Shown in pieces: positions 28,251 through 38,227 of a DNA stretch of 64,000 nucleotides. The position numbers were made by a program, and so were the translations under genes. The first letter of the stretch is position 1; the number at the start of each line of letters is the position of its first letter. Source of the stretch: an uncultured Candidatus Saccharibacteria bacterium (lineage in GTDB: Bacteria > Patescibacteriota > Minisyncoccia > UBA6257 > GWB1-50-10); contig CAZAZV010000002.1 of NCBI GenBank assembly GCA_964489845.1, forward strand, positions 770 through 64,769, read 5' to 3'. The notes beneath the pieces were generated by a model. That model saw only the letters and a program-made list of their open reading frames with translations. It searched no databases and was not told the origin of the DNA.

Positions 28251-31098
28251 TGGTGCGCAACGTATCCAGTTCCCCCGAGAGTTCCGAAAATTGCTTCAGC
28301 AGCCGCTCGCGCTCGGCTTCTCCGATGACGGAAGCGATACGCGATTTGATTTCTTTCTGCTTCACTTTGAGCATCTCGATCCGCAGCTGCCGCATAAGTT
28401 CTTTGAGTTCGTCTGCCAGTTCCTCATGCGGAACATTGTTGAACAAATAACTCGCCTCGAGTTCCAGGAGTCCCCCCTCGGCCGTTCTGCGCAGGAGTAT
28501 GTCCTGGTAATGCTCCGGCAAAAGGTCCTGCTCCGATTCCACTTCAGCATAAAACGAGTCATCGGAGAACGCAACGGTGAGGAGCCGCCGCGCGATGCGG
28601 TCTATGCGTTTCACTTCGGCTTCCTGCGGCGTCTCCGCTTCGACCGGCGCCGGTCCGCCGGCTTTTACGGTCGCGAACGCCTCGCGGAGCATCTGCTCCG
28701 AAATGCCCGCTGCGCGGGAGAGTTCCTTGAGCCACATATCCTGCTCCACGGCGCTCTCAAGGCGCGAGATGAGCCGCAGCATCGTCCCCACCATCCGCTT
28801 CCGCGCCGCGGGGTCGAGCGTGCCGCCGAAACGGACGGCGAAGAGCCGCTTGAACGCGGGTTCGGCTTGCGCGACACGTTTTGCGAACCCCTCCGCGTCT
28901 CTTTCCACAAACTCCGCCGGGTCTTTAAAGGTGCCGAGATCAACCGCCTTGACATAAAAATCGAACGTCCCGAGGAGCTCGAGGGAACGCTCGAGCGCCT
29001 CGATGCCCGCCTCGTCGCTGTCGAAACTCACGACCGCCGTGTCGGTGAGCCGCCGCAACGCGGTGAGATGCGCCGGCGTCAAACTCGTCCCGCACACCGC
29101 GACGGCATTCGTCACGCCCGCCTGGTGCGCCATGAGGGCATCCATATATCCCTCCATGACGAAAACGCTTTTCTGCTGCGCGATGTCCCGCTTCGCCTGC
29201 GAGAACCCGTAGAGGAGTTTCGATTTTTGGAAAATCGGCGTCTCGGGAGAATTCACGTACTTGGGGTTATTGTCGTCGTCCGCGAGCACGCGCCCCGCGA
29301 AACCGACGACCCTGCCGATATTGTTCCAGAGCGGGAACATCACGCGGTTCGCGAAAAAATCTTTGTAGAGTCCTCCTCGCTTCACGGCAAAGCCCGCTTG
29401 GACGAGTGTCTCGATGGAATGTCCTTTGTGGAGGAGGTACACGGTGAGCGCGTCACCACCGGGCGCATAGCCGAGCTCAAAGCGTTTCGCTGTCTCGCCG
29501 GTGAGGCCGCGTCCCTTCAGGTACGCGATCGTTTCCGCGTTCTCTTTTAGCTTGCTCCTGAAGAAGTCCCGCGCGAGCTCGTTCACTTCGTACAATTCGG
29601 CGAAGCGGTGCTCCATGCCGCCCCGGCCGCGCGAAAGTTCGATACCCGCCCGCTCGGCGAGAAGCTGGAGCGCCTCGGGAAACTCAATGCCCTCGTAGAG
29701 CATCACGAACTTGATGACGTCTCCCCCCTGTCCGCAATTCGCCACCGCAAAATGATTTGCTACGTATGAATGGTCTTCGTCGACAGTTAAGTTATAGACA
29801 GGACCGGTATACGGTTCTTTCCACACTTCCTTTACGGGAAGGAGCCAATAACGCCTTCCTTCGACCTCCTCGTATATGAAGCTATGCTGGGACTTCGCCT
29901 CCTCCGACCAGAGGATTCTGTAGACCTCGCGATGATTCACGCCTCGCGCATCGTGCCTTGTCCCCCGAACTCCGAAAGAAGGAAAGAGGTTGTTTCTTAA
30001 GAGTATGTCAATAACCTGCTCAGCAAGAATTCTCGAAATACTCGTGATGCTTTTATGCGTTTTTGTGGAACGACTGAATATACCGGTATGCCCATCGCCT
30101 CTGAAAATGGCATCGACCAGCACCTTCTGCTTTTCTGGAGGTAAAACTTGGAACACAAAGGGTATGTGTTTATACTCTGCTCCCTTGCCGCAAAGATTCT
30201 CAAAAATATTGGCGAGCTGTGCATGGCACGCGGTAATTTCGAGACCTGTTTTCTTTGTCTTGTTCGGATTTCTTTCATAAATCTTCGCTTCAAGTCCGAA
30301 AACGTTTTTCACGAGACGGACGATATCGTCGGCAAATTCCCGCTCATGATTCCCCAAACTGAATCGGATATACGCCCGATGACTGCTTCCCTCAGCTATC
30401 CAATAACCGAGAAGTCTCAGAAAGTCGTCATCAAGGGCAATGTTGAGTGAAATATCCCGCGAATGAGGACCAAACGTATATCCCTTGGTCAAATAGTCAT
30501 TGAGGTCGATGCGGGTCAGTTCGGCAACCGAGTTCTCAATCGGATAAAACACAAAATCGGCCGGTGCAATGCTGCCCGCATTGATTTCGATGATACTTCC
30601 GTGTTGCCGCGCCGCCTCGGAGAGCGTACGGGCCGTGCCCCGCGATACCGCATCGCGGCACAGACGATAAAACTGTTTGGTTTTCTTGCGGTAAGAAGTT
30701 GCGGGTCGCAGAACCTTCAGCTTATGGTCAGCGGTCATGGATACTGTCTCATTAAGTTTTCTCGTTCTCACATGAACTAAATCGCCCACATAATTTCTCA
30801 CATGAGTCGCGAGTACTCTCCGAACCTTCCCCGAACCGGAGTAGACGTAATGATTCTCGTCAATGTCTTCTATGTTATGGAGACCAAAGGGAGTTTTTAC
30901 CTTCTGACCCGGCGGGAAACACCCGAAGCAGTGCCACATCCGTCGCTCGGGAGACACCATGAAGGACGGAGTTTTCTCCTGATGGAAGGGGCAGAGCGCT
31001 TTGTAGTTCTTGCCCGCCGGCCTCAGGTCGATGTATCCCTTTAACACATCGAGAATGTCGGTGCGCTCTTTCACGCGCTCCACGTCAGTTGTTGCCAT
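28243..31098 (-). CDS. dnaG: DNA primase DnaG interrupted by a 395-aa LAGLIDADG intein in the zinc-binding domain
   Basis: Exteins: [24 protein letters not shown] | [12 protein letters not shown], then TOPRIM ([17 protein letters not shown]...SFDSDEAG). Confidence 0.85.
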   Translation of the reverse strand: MATTDVERVKERTDILDVLKGYIDLRPAGKNYKALCPFHQEKTPSFMVSPERRMWHCFGCFPPGQKVKTPFGLHNIEDIDENHYVYSGSGKVRRVLATHVRNYVGDLVHVRTRKLNETVSMTADHKLKVLRPATSYRKKTKQFYRLCRDAVSRGTARTLSEAARQHGSIIEINAGSIAPADFVFYPIENSVAELTRIDLNDYLTKGYTFGPHSRDISLNIALDDDFLRLLGYWIAEGSSHRAYIRFSLGNHEREFADDIVRLVKNVFGLEAKIYERNPNKTKKTGLEITACHAQLANIFENLCGKGAEYKHIPFVFQVLPPEKQKVLVDAIFRGDGHTGIFSRSTKTHKSITSISRILAEQVIDILLRNNLFPSFGVRGTRHDARGVNHREVYRILWSEEAKSQHSFIYEEVEGRRYWLLPVKEVWKEPYTGPVYNLTVDEDHSYVANHFAVANCGQGGDVIKFVMLYEGIEFPEALQLLAERAGIELSRGRGGMEHRFAELYEVNELARDFFRSKLKENAETIAYLKGRGLTGETAKRFELGYAPGGDALTVYLLHKGHSIETLVQAGFAVKRGGLYKDFFANRVMFPLWNNIGRVVGFAGRVLADDDNNPKYVNSPETPIFQKSKLLYGFSQAKRDIAQQKSVFVMEGYMDALMAHQAGVTNAVAVCGTSLTPAHLTALRRLTDTAVVSFDSDEAGIEALERSLELLGTFDFYVKAVDLGTFKDPAEFVERDAEGFAKRVAQAEPAFKRLFAVRFGGTLDPAARKRMVGTMLRLISRLESAVEQDMWLKELSRAAGISEQMLREAFATVKAGGPAPVEAETPQEAEVKRIDRIARRLLTVAFSDDSFYAEVESEQDLLPEHYQDILLRRTAEGGLLELEASYLFNNVPHEELADELKELMRQLRIEMLKVKQKEIKSRIASVIGEAERERLLKQFSELSGELDTLRTNG
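29737..30921 (-). mobile_element. Intein (Cys1 ... Asn395, with a Cys at the following extein position) with a LAGLIDADG homing-endonuclease domain, inserted in the DnaG zinc ribbon
   Basis: Starts CFPPGQKV (block A), TADH (block B), [11 protein letters not shown] and [12 protein letters not shown] (LAGLIDADG blocks), ends ...HFAVAN followed by an extein Cys. Removal restores the HCFGCGQGGD primase consensus. Confidence 0.75.
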
Positions 31099-31173
31099 AC
31101 TGATATTATAGGCAGCCCCATGCCCAAACTCAAAATTATCGGTATCGGATACCCATAAAGTTATCCACAGGCA

Positions 31174-31202
31174 TTGACAAAAATCTGATTATTCGATATA
31201 AT
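31174..31202 (+). promoter_or_regulatory. Perfect consensus sigma70 promoter TTGACA-17-TATAAT
   Basis: TTGACAaaaatctgattattcgaTATAAT about 55 nt upstream of the 31259 ATG, which has a strong AAGGAGGA Shine-Dalgarno site. Confidence 0.6.
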
Positions 31203-31258
31203 ACGAGCAGTAAACCCGACGTTGTCGGGCTTCACAATCAAATACAAGTGCAAGGAGG

Positions 31259-31912
31259 ATGCGGATGGACAAATCGCAATCAATCGGGGCCGTACGCGGT
31301 TCGCAAACAAAACTCGAAGCATGCTTCGATAACCAGCTCAAGACGCTGGAACGGCGCGGCGTGGGAATTACGGTTCTCTCGAAACTCCAGGAACAGAGGA
31401 GCGCCGTCATCGACGAGGCGATTCGCATCATCGGCGGGCTGCCGGACGAAACGGACGATGGTAATTTTCCTTTCATCCCCATCATCCCGCTCACGTATTT
31501 CGGCTACTATGGCCTCGTGACGCTCGCGATGCACGATGCGGAAGAATACATCCAATTCGATGTAAGCGAGATAAGCGACGTTGTGAAAACACCGGAAGAG
31601 CCGTACTACGTCCTCAACGTAGAGGATGGGACAATGACGCGCGGCCTGACGGTGGAGAAGGGGACCAAATTTGTCATCGACCGGGAGAGATTCCCGCTCA
31701 CGACCGTTGAGGCGCTCAGCCTTTCCCTCGTCACGGACGTGCTCACTCGTCACGACATCGCGGCAACGTGCTCACGGCGCAAAAAGGACTTCACCAAGAC
31801 GGCGATGGTACCCCTCATCTCCCAGGACCACCTCGACTGGATACTGGGGTTTATCGGGAAACCGGACTGCGGAACGCCGTCATGCCAGCGCAGGCGCCGC
31901 CCCACCTCCTAA
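31259..31912 (+). CDS. Hypothetical protein (217 aa) with its own consensus promoter and terminator
   Basis: ORF with strong RBS; no recognisable domain. Confidence 0.5.
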   Translation: MRMDKSQSIGAVRGSQTKLEACFDNQLKTLERRGVGITVLSKLQEQRSAVIDEAIRIIGGLPDETDDGNFPFIPIIPLTYFGYYGLVTLAMHDAEEYIQFDVSEISDVVKTPEEPYYVLNVEDGTMTRGLTVEKGTKFVIDRERFPLTTVEALSLSLVTDVLTRHDIAATCSRRKKDFTKTAMVPLISQDHLDWILGFIGKPDCGTPSCQRRRRPTS

Positions 31913-31921
31913 TGTGCTAAA

Positions 31922-31948
31922 GGCAGGCCATCACCGACCTGCCTTTTT
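31922..31948 (+). terminator. Rho-independent terminator
   Basis: ggcagg-ccatcaccga-cctgcc followed by TTTTT. Confidence 0.6.
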
Positions 31949-31953
31949 CATAT

Positions 31954-32406
31954 TTACGCCTCGAGTGTTTTGAAAACGACTTTCCCGGAGTAGTCGAGCG
32001 CGTCTTCCGCCTTGATTTTCTGGAGCGGCGGGAGGTTTGAAACAGGAACAAATTTATATTCTGAATGTTCGTGACTCAACGTGATGTGGCTCATATCTGA
32101 AACGGCGCATGTGAAAACCGCAAGCTGTGTATGGATGCGGGGAAGGAAGTAGATGCCGGTGAGCGTCTTCGGCTCGACGTCGAGTCCCGTCTCTTCCCGA
32201 CACTCGCGCTTGAGCGCCTTATGGAGCGTTTCCGTTTTCTCCGCCGCGCCGCCGGGCAAACCCCACTCGTCATCGTACGAACTGTGCAGGAGGAGAATTT
32301 CTCCGGCGCTATTCATGATAACTCCCTGCACGGCGAGGCCGGGCGGCGAGAGGCGCGCAACGAGGTCTCCGAAGAGATATACCATGCGCTTCAATACGTG
32401 TTTCAT
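31954..32406 (-). CDS. NUDIX hydrolase
   Basis: Nudix box GLPGGAAEKTETLHKALKRECREETGL. Confidence 0.8.
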   Translation of the reverse strand: MKHVLKRMVYLFGDLVARLSPPGLAVQGVIMNSAGEILLLHSSYDDEWGLPGGAAEKTETLHKALKRECREETGLDVEPKTLTGIYFLPRIHTQLAVFTCAVSDMSHITLSHEHSEYKFVPVSNLPPLQKIKAEDALDYSGKVVFKTLEA

Positions 32407-32426
32407 AACCTCGATGCTATGCGGTT

Positions 32427-32657
32427 TTATAATGTCTCCAAAATTTCCAAATACTGCTCGCGGGTTATATTCAGGATACGGAGATTGTTGCGGATAACAA
32501 AAACCGGCAGCGTACTATCTTGCGGAACCACTACCGGTCTCTTAACGTCTTCACGGCGATAGATGCGATGGTCTCCCTTCTCACGAACAAACACGCAACC
32601 GACCCGGAGTAAAAATTTCTCGAACGTTTTCCAATCGACAGGACGAATCCTTGGCAT
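32427..32657 (-). CDS. hicA: HicA-family (YcfA-like) toxin
   Basis: 76 aa; FEKFLLRVGCVFVREKGDHRIYRR...PVVVPQ matches the HicA pattern; directly downstream of a HicB-like gene. Confidence 0.6.
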   Translation of the reverse strand: MPRIRPVDWKTFEKFLLRVGCVFVREKGDHRIYRREDVKRPVVVPQDSTLPVFVIRNNLRILNITREQYLEILETL

Positions 32658-32663
32658 CCTACA

Positions 32664-32945
32664 CTATGCGCAAACCGCAACCGAGACGGGTTCAGAACCC
32701 TGTGAGACAATTTCCGGCGGCTGCCAATTTCGCTCCAGCTTCTTCCAACCAAGCTCCGAGAGCACTTCATCAAGCGTTCCCATCTTGACCAATTCTTCAA
32801 AGAAAAGGCGGACCGCTTCGCCAAATCGTTGCTTCACCTGCATCTCACTCTCTCCCGACGTAGACAAATCCAAAGCGGGTGTATATGCCACATATCGCCC
32901 CTCTTCTTTTAAAACCGAAACCGGCAAAACGCAACGCATTTCCAT
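32664..32945 (-). CDS. hicB: HicB-family antitoxin (UPF0150 N-terminal domain)
   Basis: LKEEGRYVAYTPALDLSTSGESEMQVKQRFGEAVRLFFEEL. Confidence 0.6.
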   Translation of the reverse strand: MEMRCVLPVSVLKEEGRYVAYTPALDLSTSGESEMQVKQRFGEAVRLFFEELVKMGTLDEVLSELGWKKLERNWQPPEIVSQGSEPVSVAVCA

Positions 32946-33000
32946 AAGCTTAACTATATCATAAAAGTCTTAATTTTCAACGTACCCTTCATAAGTCAAA

Positions 33001-33027
33001 AAACCGCCGGTCTCTCGGCGGTTTTCA
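33001..33027 (-). terminator. Terminator of the rpsL-rpsG-fusA operon
   Basis: aaaaccgccgg-tctct-cggcggtttt, T/A-rich on both sides. Confidence 0.6.
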
Positions 33028-33049
33028 ATATAAACGTAGTTCGTAAAAA

Positions 33050-33125
33050 CTACTGTCCGACAATACTCTCGGCAATGTTTCTTGGCACAATGCCGTAGTG
33101 CGAGAATTCCATATTGAACGTCGTC
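33050..33125 (-). pseudogene. Diverged remnant of a fusA 3' end (last about 25 codons: ...[24 protein letters not shown])
   Basis: 42 nt identical to the true fusA 3' end, then about 75% identity to the stop codon. Confidence 0.7.
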
Positions 33126-33261
33126 GTCCCGCCAGGGCGGGACTCCTCCCCATAGGGCTTCAGCCCTCTGGTGTCACTCGCTTCGCTCGTTCCAGTCACC
33201 CCAAGCGGGGAAACTACAGTTTCCCCGACCCCCTTCGCACGTTCAATACGGTAAGTCCCTG
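33126..33261 (-). repeat. Family-1 structured miniature element, copy R, immediately downstream of the fusA stop
   Basis: About 135 nt with hairpins (gtcccgccctggcgggac; ggggaaactacagtttcccc) and a T-loop-like end cgttcaatacgg; about 70% identical to copies at 35392-35544 (inverted) and 45866-46035. Confidence 0.65.
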
Positions 33262-35391
33262 CTATTTCCCGACTATCTCTTCGGCGAGGTTTCTTGGCAC
33301 AATGCCGTAGTGCGAGAATTCCATATTGAACGTGCCTCTCCCCTGCGTCATCGAACGCAACGTCGTCGAGTAGCCGAAAAGTTCGGCGAGTGGTATCTCC
33401 GATTCGATGACGCGGACTTTCTCCCGCTCTTCCATCGCGGTAATCGAGCCGCGCTTCGCGTTGATGTCGCCCGTCGCGTCTCCCAAGAATTCGTTCGGCA
33501 CGATGACCTGCACTTTCATAACCGGCTCGAGGAGCTGCAAGCCCGCTTTGCGCGCCGCCGATTGGAATGCCATCGAGCCGGCGATTTGGAATGCCATATC
33601 CGAAGAGTCCACTTCGTGGAACGAGCCGTCGTAGAGGGTCACCTTCGCGTCGATGAGCGGGTAGCCGGCAAGCACGCCTCTCGCGGCGGCTTCCTTCACC
33701 CCCTTCCCCACCGACGGAATGAATTCCTGCGGGATGGCGCCGCCCTTAATCGCGTTCACAAATTCGAATCCTTCCCCGCGCGGCAACGCCTCGAGTTTCA
33801 AAAATACGTGCCCATACTGACCGCGCCCGCCCGACTGGCGGATGTACTTTCCTTCCGCCTCGGCGCTCCCCATAACTGTTTCCTTATATGCGACTTGCGG
33901 GCGTCCCTGCGTCGCCTCGACGCCGAATTCCCGCTTCATGCGGTCGATGACGATCTCAAGGTGCAGTTCTCCCATGCCGGAGATAATCGTCTCGCCGGTA
34001 TCGGGGTCGCCCGACACGCGGAACGTCGGATCTTCTTCACCAAGCTTGTGGAGCGCCACGCCCATTTTCTCCTGGTCCACTTTGCTCTTCGGCTCGACGC
34101 GGACGGAAATGACCGGCTCGGGAAAGACAATCGATTCCAGACGTATCGGATGCGACGGGTCGCAGAGCGTGTCGCCGGTTGTCGTGTTCTTCAGGCCGAC
34201 CAGAGCGCCGATGTCGCCGGCATACACTTCCGGAACTTCCTCGCGGTGATTCGCATGCATCCTGAGAATCCGCCCGATACGCTCCTTCTCGCCGTTCGAC
34301 GAATTCAGGACGTAGCTTCCGCTCTGCAGCGTTCCCGAGTAGAGGCGGAAGAACGCGAGCTTCCCCACGTAAGGGTCGGAGGCGATTTTGAACGCGAGGG
34401 CCGCAACCGGTTCGTCGTCCTTCGGGTGGCGCTCGAATTCCTCGTGCGTCTTCGGGTCGAATCCCTTCACGGGCGGCAAATCGGCGGGACTCGGGAGATA
34501 GTCGACGACGGCATCGAGCAAAAGTTGCACGCCTTTGTTTTTCAGCGCGCTGCCGCAGAAGACCGGCACCACCATTCCTTGCAACACTGCCTTCCGGAGC
34601 GCGTGCCGTATCTCGTCCACCCCAATCGGTTCTTCTTCCAGATACTTGTGGAGCAAGGCATCATCCGCTTCCGCCGCCTTTTCGAGCACTTCGTGACGGC
34701 GCGTTTCCGCTTCCTGTTTCAAGTGTTCCGGTATGTCTATCTCGCGTATTTTTTCCCCGTGTTCGCCCTCGAAGGTGTACGCCTTCAGAGCGACGAGGTC
34801 GATAACGCCGGAGAAGTCGGACTCGAGACCGATGGGTAGCTGGACAGCGACCGCATTCGGCGTCAGCCGCTCGCGGATAGAGCGCAATCCTTTTTCAAAA
34901 TCGGCGCCGGTCCGGTCAAGCTTGTTCACAAAGCAGATACGCGGCACGTGATACTCGTCGGCGTAGTGCCAGTTCGTCTCCGACTGCGGCTCGACGCCTG
35001 CGACGCCGTCAAACACGACGACGGCACCGTCGAGCACCCGAAGCGAGCGCTTCACCTCGACGGTGAAATCGATGTGCCCGGGGGTGTCGATGAGATTGAT
35101 GCGGTGCTCGTGCTCTTTCCGCAACTCCTTCAAGCGCTCTGCGTCTTCGACACCTCCCCGCACGTACGTGGGCGTCCAAAAACATGTCGTCGCGGCGGAT
35201 GTAATCGTGATGCCACGCTCGCGCTCCTGTTCCATCCAGTCCATAATCGCCTGCCCCTCGTGGACTTCTCCGATCTTGTGGGAAATGCCGGTATAAAAAA
35301 GGATGCGTTCGGAAACCGTCGTTTTCCCGGCATCAATGTGAGCGATGATACCGATATCTCTAACTTTCTCTATGGGGTATTTTCTGGGCAT
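33262..35391 (-). CDS. fusA: Elongation factor G
   Basis: 709 aa; [22 protein letters not shown]; domains II-V. Confidence 0.97.
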   Translation of the reverse strand: MPRKYPIEKVRDIGIIAHIDAGKTTVSERILFYTGISHKIGEVHEGQAIMDWMEQERERGITITSAATTCFWTPTYVRGGVEDAERLKELRKEHEHRINLIDTPGHIDFTVEVKRSLRVLDGAVVVFDGVAGVEPQSETNWHYADEYHVPRICFVNKLDRTGADFEKGLRSIRERLTPNAVAVQLPIGLESDFSGVIDLVALKAYTFEGEHGEKIREIDIPEHLKQEAETRRHEVLEKAAEADDALLHKYLEEEPIGVDEIRHALRKAVLQGMVVPVFCGSALKNKGVQLLLDAVVDYLPSPADLPPVKGFDPKTHEEFERHPKDDEPVAALAFKIASDPYVGKLAFFRLYSGTLQSGSYVLNSSNGEKERIGRILRMHANHREEVPEVYAGDIGALVGLKNTTTGDTLCDPSHPIRLESIVFPEPVISVRVEPKSKVDQEKMGVALHKLGEEDPTFRVSGDPDTGETIISGMGELHLEIVIDRMKREFGVEATQGRPQVAYKETVMGSAEAEGKYIRQSGGRGQYGHVFLKLEALPRGEGFEFVNAIKGGAIPQEFIPSVGKGVKEAAARGVLAGYPLIDAKVTLYDGSFHEVDSSDMAFQIAGSMAFQSAARKAGLQLLEPVMKVQVIVPNEFLGDATGDINAKRGSITAMEEREKVRVIESEIPLAELFGYSTTLRSMTQGRGTFNMEFSHYGIVPRNLAEEIVGK

Positions 35392-35544
35392 GATTGATTA
35401 CGAAATTATCAGGAAAGCGAACATTGATGCGCGAGAGGGGTCGGGGGAACTGTAGGTCCCCCGTGGAGGAAAGCACCGAGGAGTGAAACGACGAGGGCCG
35501 GAAACTGTGGGTTTCTGGGGAGCCCCGCCAAGGGGCGACGCGAA
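35392..35544 (+). repeat. Family-1 structured miniature element, copy L, immediately upstream of the fusA start codon
   Basis: Plus-strand sequence cattgatgcgcgagaggggtcgggggaactgtaggtcccccg... is homologous to the reverse complement of copy R, so fusA is flanked by inverted repeats. Confidence 0.65.
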
Positions 35545-35600
35545 ATCTGGGCAATAATACCGATATCCCGTACTTTCTCTATGGGGTAAAGTCGAGCCAT
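35545..35600 (-). pseudogene. Diverged remnant of a fusA 5' end ([19 protein letters not shown]...) 12 nt after the rpsG stop. The ORF runs on through element L for 63 codons.
   Basis: About 80% nucleotide identity to the first 19 codons of the intact fusA ([19 protein letters not shown]); native rpsG-fusA spacing retained. Confidence 0.7.
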
Positions 35601-35611
35601 ATCTTCAGAAG

Positions 35612-36082
35612 CTACCGCAGGAAACTCGCGAACGCGCGGTTCGCTTCCGCCATCTTGTGCATTGTCTGCTTGCGCTTGATCGCGTTCCCTTCTCCCTCCG
35701 CCGCCGTAATCAATTCCTGCGCCAGGCGCTTCGCCATCGGCGCACCCTTTGCCGCCTGCGCCGCTTCGATGATCCAGTTCGCCGCAAGGAAAAACTTCCG
35801 CCCGGGACGGACTTCGCGCGGTATCTGATAGTTCGCACCGCCGACCCGCCGCGACACAATCTCGAGACGCGGCGACGCATTCTCGATTGCCTGCTCGAAG
35901 ACTTTCAGGGGGTCGGTCTTCTTCTCCTTCTCGATTGCGTCGAACGCGTCATACATAACCTGCTCGGCAACGGACTTCTTGCCGTCCTTCATGAGGTAAT
36001 TGATGAACAGACCGACGTCAACGCGGTCATATCGCAGGTCCGGTTTCCGGTCCCGCTTCTTATAATACGTGCTCTTACGCAT
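35612..36082 (-). CDS. rpsG: 30S ribosomal protein S7
   Basis: [21 protein letters not shown]...[15 protein letters not shown]; start trimmed to MRKSTYY. Confidence 0.9.
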   Translation of the reverse strand: MRKSTYYKKRDRKPDLRYDRVDVGLFINYLMKDGKKSVAEQVMYDAFDAIEKEKKTDPLKVFEQAIENASPRLEIVSRRVGGANYQIPREVRPGRKFFLAANWIIEAAQAAKGAPMAKRLAQELITAAEGEGNAIKRKQTMHKMAEANRAFASFLR

Positions 36083-36488
36083 GGACCTGTTTCGCTCCAT
36101 ACTTCGAGCGCTTCTGTTTCCGCCCTTCCACGCCGGTCGTGTCCAACACGCCACGCACAATGTGGTAGCGCACGCCCGGCAAGTCCTTTACCCTGCCGCC
36201 GCGGATCATCACGACCGAGTGCTCCTGGAGGGTGTGTCCCTCACCGGGTATGTACGCCGTTACCTCGGCGCCGTTCGTGAGACGCACGCGCGCCACTTTC
36301 CGGAGCGCGGAGTTCGGCTTCTTCGGCGTCGTCGTGAACACCTTCGTGCACACGCCGCGCTTGAACGGCGACGGATATGACGCGCGCCGGTTTTTTACGC
36401 TGTTGAAACCGAACGAAAGCGCGGGCGCTTTCGGCTTGCGCCGAATCGAGACCCGCCGCTTCCGCACCAATTGATTGATGGTAGGCAT
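36075..36488 (-). CDS. rpsL: 30S ribosomal protein S12
   Basis: [12 protein letters not shown]...[19 protein letters not shown]. Confidence 0.95.
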   Translation of the reverse strand: MPTINQLVRKRRVSIRRKPKAPALSFGFNSVKNRRASYPSPFKRGVCTKVFTTTPKKPNSALRKVARVRLTNGAEVTAYIPGEGHTLQEHSVVMIRGGRVKDLPGVRYHIVRGVLDTTGVEGRKQKRSKYGAKQVHA

Positions 36489-36527
36489 ACTAAAATGTAA
36501 TCCCGCTATGGTAACAAGAACCCCGCG

Positions 36528-37169
36528 CTACGTCAATTGCATAAACGCACGCCACGCCTCATTTCCGGCGAGTGCATGAAATACGGAAGCAACGAGGTTA
36601 AAGAATATGTTACCAAACAACGCGAGAAAAAGAAAGACGAAGACAATACCGGCGAGTCCGGCGCCCTGCACCGCGAAAGAATACCGCGGCGGCAGGAAGA
36701 GCGTCATAATCTTCGAACCGTCCAGGGGCGGTATCGGGATAAGATTGAAGAGCGCGAGGAGCAGATTCAGAAACACGACGAAGCCGAGTAGTGCGAGTGC
36801 TGTCTCCGACAAATATCCTCCCGCGAAGCGGAGAACGAGTCCGAGTACGACGGCGATGACGGCGTTGGTCGCCGGTCCCGCGAGCGCGACTTTCAGTGGT
36901 CCGTACTTCATATCCCGCCACAGATGCGCGGGGTTGTATGGAACCGGTTTCGCCCACCCGAAAATCACCGGCGAGCCCGTTATAATCAAGAGAAGCGGCA
37001 AAATGAACGAACCAAAGAGGTCGAGGTGCGCGACGGGATTCAAGGTCAGGCGACCCGCGTCGCGGGCGGTCGTATCTCCGAGCCATTCCGCCGTGTACCC
37101 ATGCGCCACTTCGTGTATCACGACGGAAAACAAGAGAACGATGATTTGAAACAATGGAAACAAATTCAT
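36528..37169 (-). CDS. M50-family (site-2 protease-like) membrane metalloprotease
   Basis: HExxH motif in a TM helix (VVIHEVAHGY); LNPVAHLD; multi-pass membrane protein. Confidence 0.65.
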   Translation of the reverse strand: MNLFPLFQIIVLLFSVVIHEVAHGYTAEWLGDTTARDAGRLTLNPVAHLDLFGSFILPLLLIITGSPVIFGWAKPVPYNPAHLWRDMKYGPLKVALAGPATNAVIAVVLGLVLRFAGGYLSETALALLGFVVFLNLLLALFNLIPIPPLDGSKIMTLFLPPRYSFAVQGAGLAGIVFVFLFLALFGNIFFNLVASVFHALAGNEAWRAFMQLT

Positions 37170-37211
37170 ACGTATTAAATATAGTATAATGAGGTCATAC
37201 GATACGCAATT

Positions 37212-37874
37212 ATGATGAAGCACAAATCGGAACACCACGGAAAGATTTTCTTCGCCGTCCTCGTCGGCGGCGGCATCGTCATCTGGGGAATGTACCTCAC
37301 GGCACGACTGAACTCACTCCAAGCGTCTGTCGCCGCGCTCAATGCCGCCCTGAACCTCGAGACCACCACGACACCGGGCATCGTATACAACCCGGGCGCC
37401 TCGAGCACCGCCGCGTCGTCCTCGACGCAAACACAACCCACCTCACCGACCTCATCCGCGCAGCAGCCCGTCTCCGGACTTGTCATCCCTTCGGCAATCA
37501 GCTTCACCGCGCTCTCGAGTCCGCTCCTCACACCGCAAAGTGATATCTCGGTCACCTTGAACAGCGTGGCGAAACTTGACGACGGAAGTGTCGCGCTTTC
37601 CATAACGGCGTCGGCGCCGCAAGCGCAAAATTACACCGCGCTCGAGCCGAAGGCGCTCTTCAGCATCGTGAACGGACAAAATACCATCTACCCCTCCGGC
37701 GTTTCGCAGGGATTCGATTCCCTGGCACCGCGGGGCTCCGTCACCGGCACGGTCACGTTCAGTCCTGCCGGATTCGGCAACGCGATTATTCTCAAAATAG
37801 ACGCGGAGGACGGCAGCAGTTACTACGAATTCAATTTCGCCACCCAAACGTACAAACCGGCGTCACTGGGCTAG
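37212..37874 (+). CDS. Hypothetical membrane-anchored secreted protein (TM, Ser/Thr linker, beta-domain)
   Basis: N-terminal TM FFAVLVGGGIVIWGMYL; low-complexity linker; C-terminal globular domain. Confidence 0.5.
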   Translation: MMKHKSEHHGKIFFAVLVGGGIVIWGMYLTARLNSLQASVAALNAALNLETTTTPGIVYNPGASSTAASSSTQTQPTSPTSSAQQPVSGLVIPSAISFTALSSPLLTPQSDISVTLNSVAKLDDGSVALSITASAPQAQNYTALEPKALFSIVNGQNTIYPSGVSQGFDSLAPRGSVTGTVTFSPAGFGNAIILKIDAEDGSSYYEFNFATQTYKPASLG

Positions 37875-38204
37875 CGCCCGCTTCACGAACTCCTGCGCTT
37901 CCCGTCTGAATTTGTTCGTCTCTTCTTCTATAAACGCATCTACGTGCGGAACTTTTTGAACAAGGAACGATTCGATTTCTTTTTGGGTATTGCCCTTTTT
38001 CTCCAAAAGTTTACCAAACACTTCTTTGTCGGTTTCCGAGAGCGCGTCGAGGATACGCACAATCACCCGCTCCCAGATAATCTTTCCGACATCTTCTAAA
38101 ACGCGTATTCGCTCATCCGCAGGAAGCGAGTCCAAACCGAACAAAACACTCACATCCTGCGGCAACGTGTTCGTATCATCCATATCGTCCATCGTGGTGT
38201 TCAA
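37863..38204 (-). CDS. Hypothetical acidic protein (113 aa)
   Basis: ORF only; no recognisable domain. Confidence 0.4.
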   Translation of the reverse strand: MNTTMDDMDDTNTLPQDVSVLFGLDSLPADERIRVLEDVGKIIWERVIVRILDALSETDKEVFGKLLEKKGNTQKEIESFLVQKVPHVDAFIEEETNKFRREAQEFVKRALAQ

Positions 38205-38227
38205 ACAGCGCGACCTTTCATTTCAGT

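Noticed and set aside
35409-35600. Calling the 63-codon ORF 35409-35600 a real small protein or an N-terminally extended fusA
   Set aside because: It has a stop codon 14 nt before the genuine fusA ATG. Only its first 19 codons are EF-G-like. The remainder reads through the repeat element, so it is a gene remnant.
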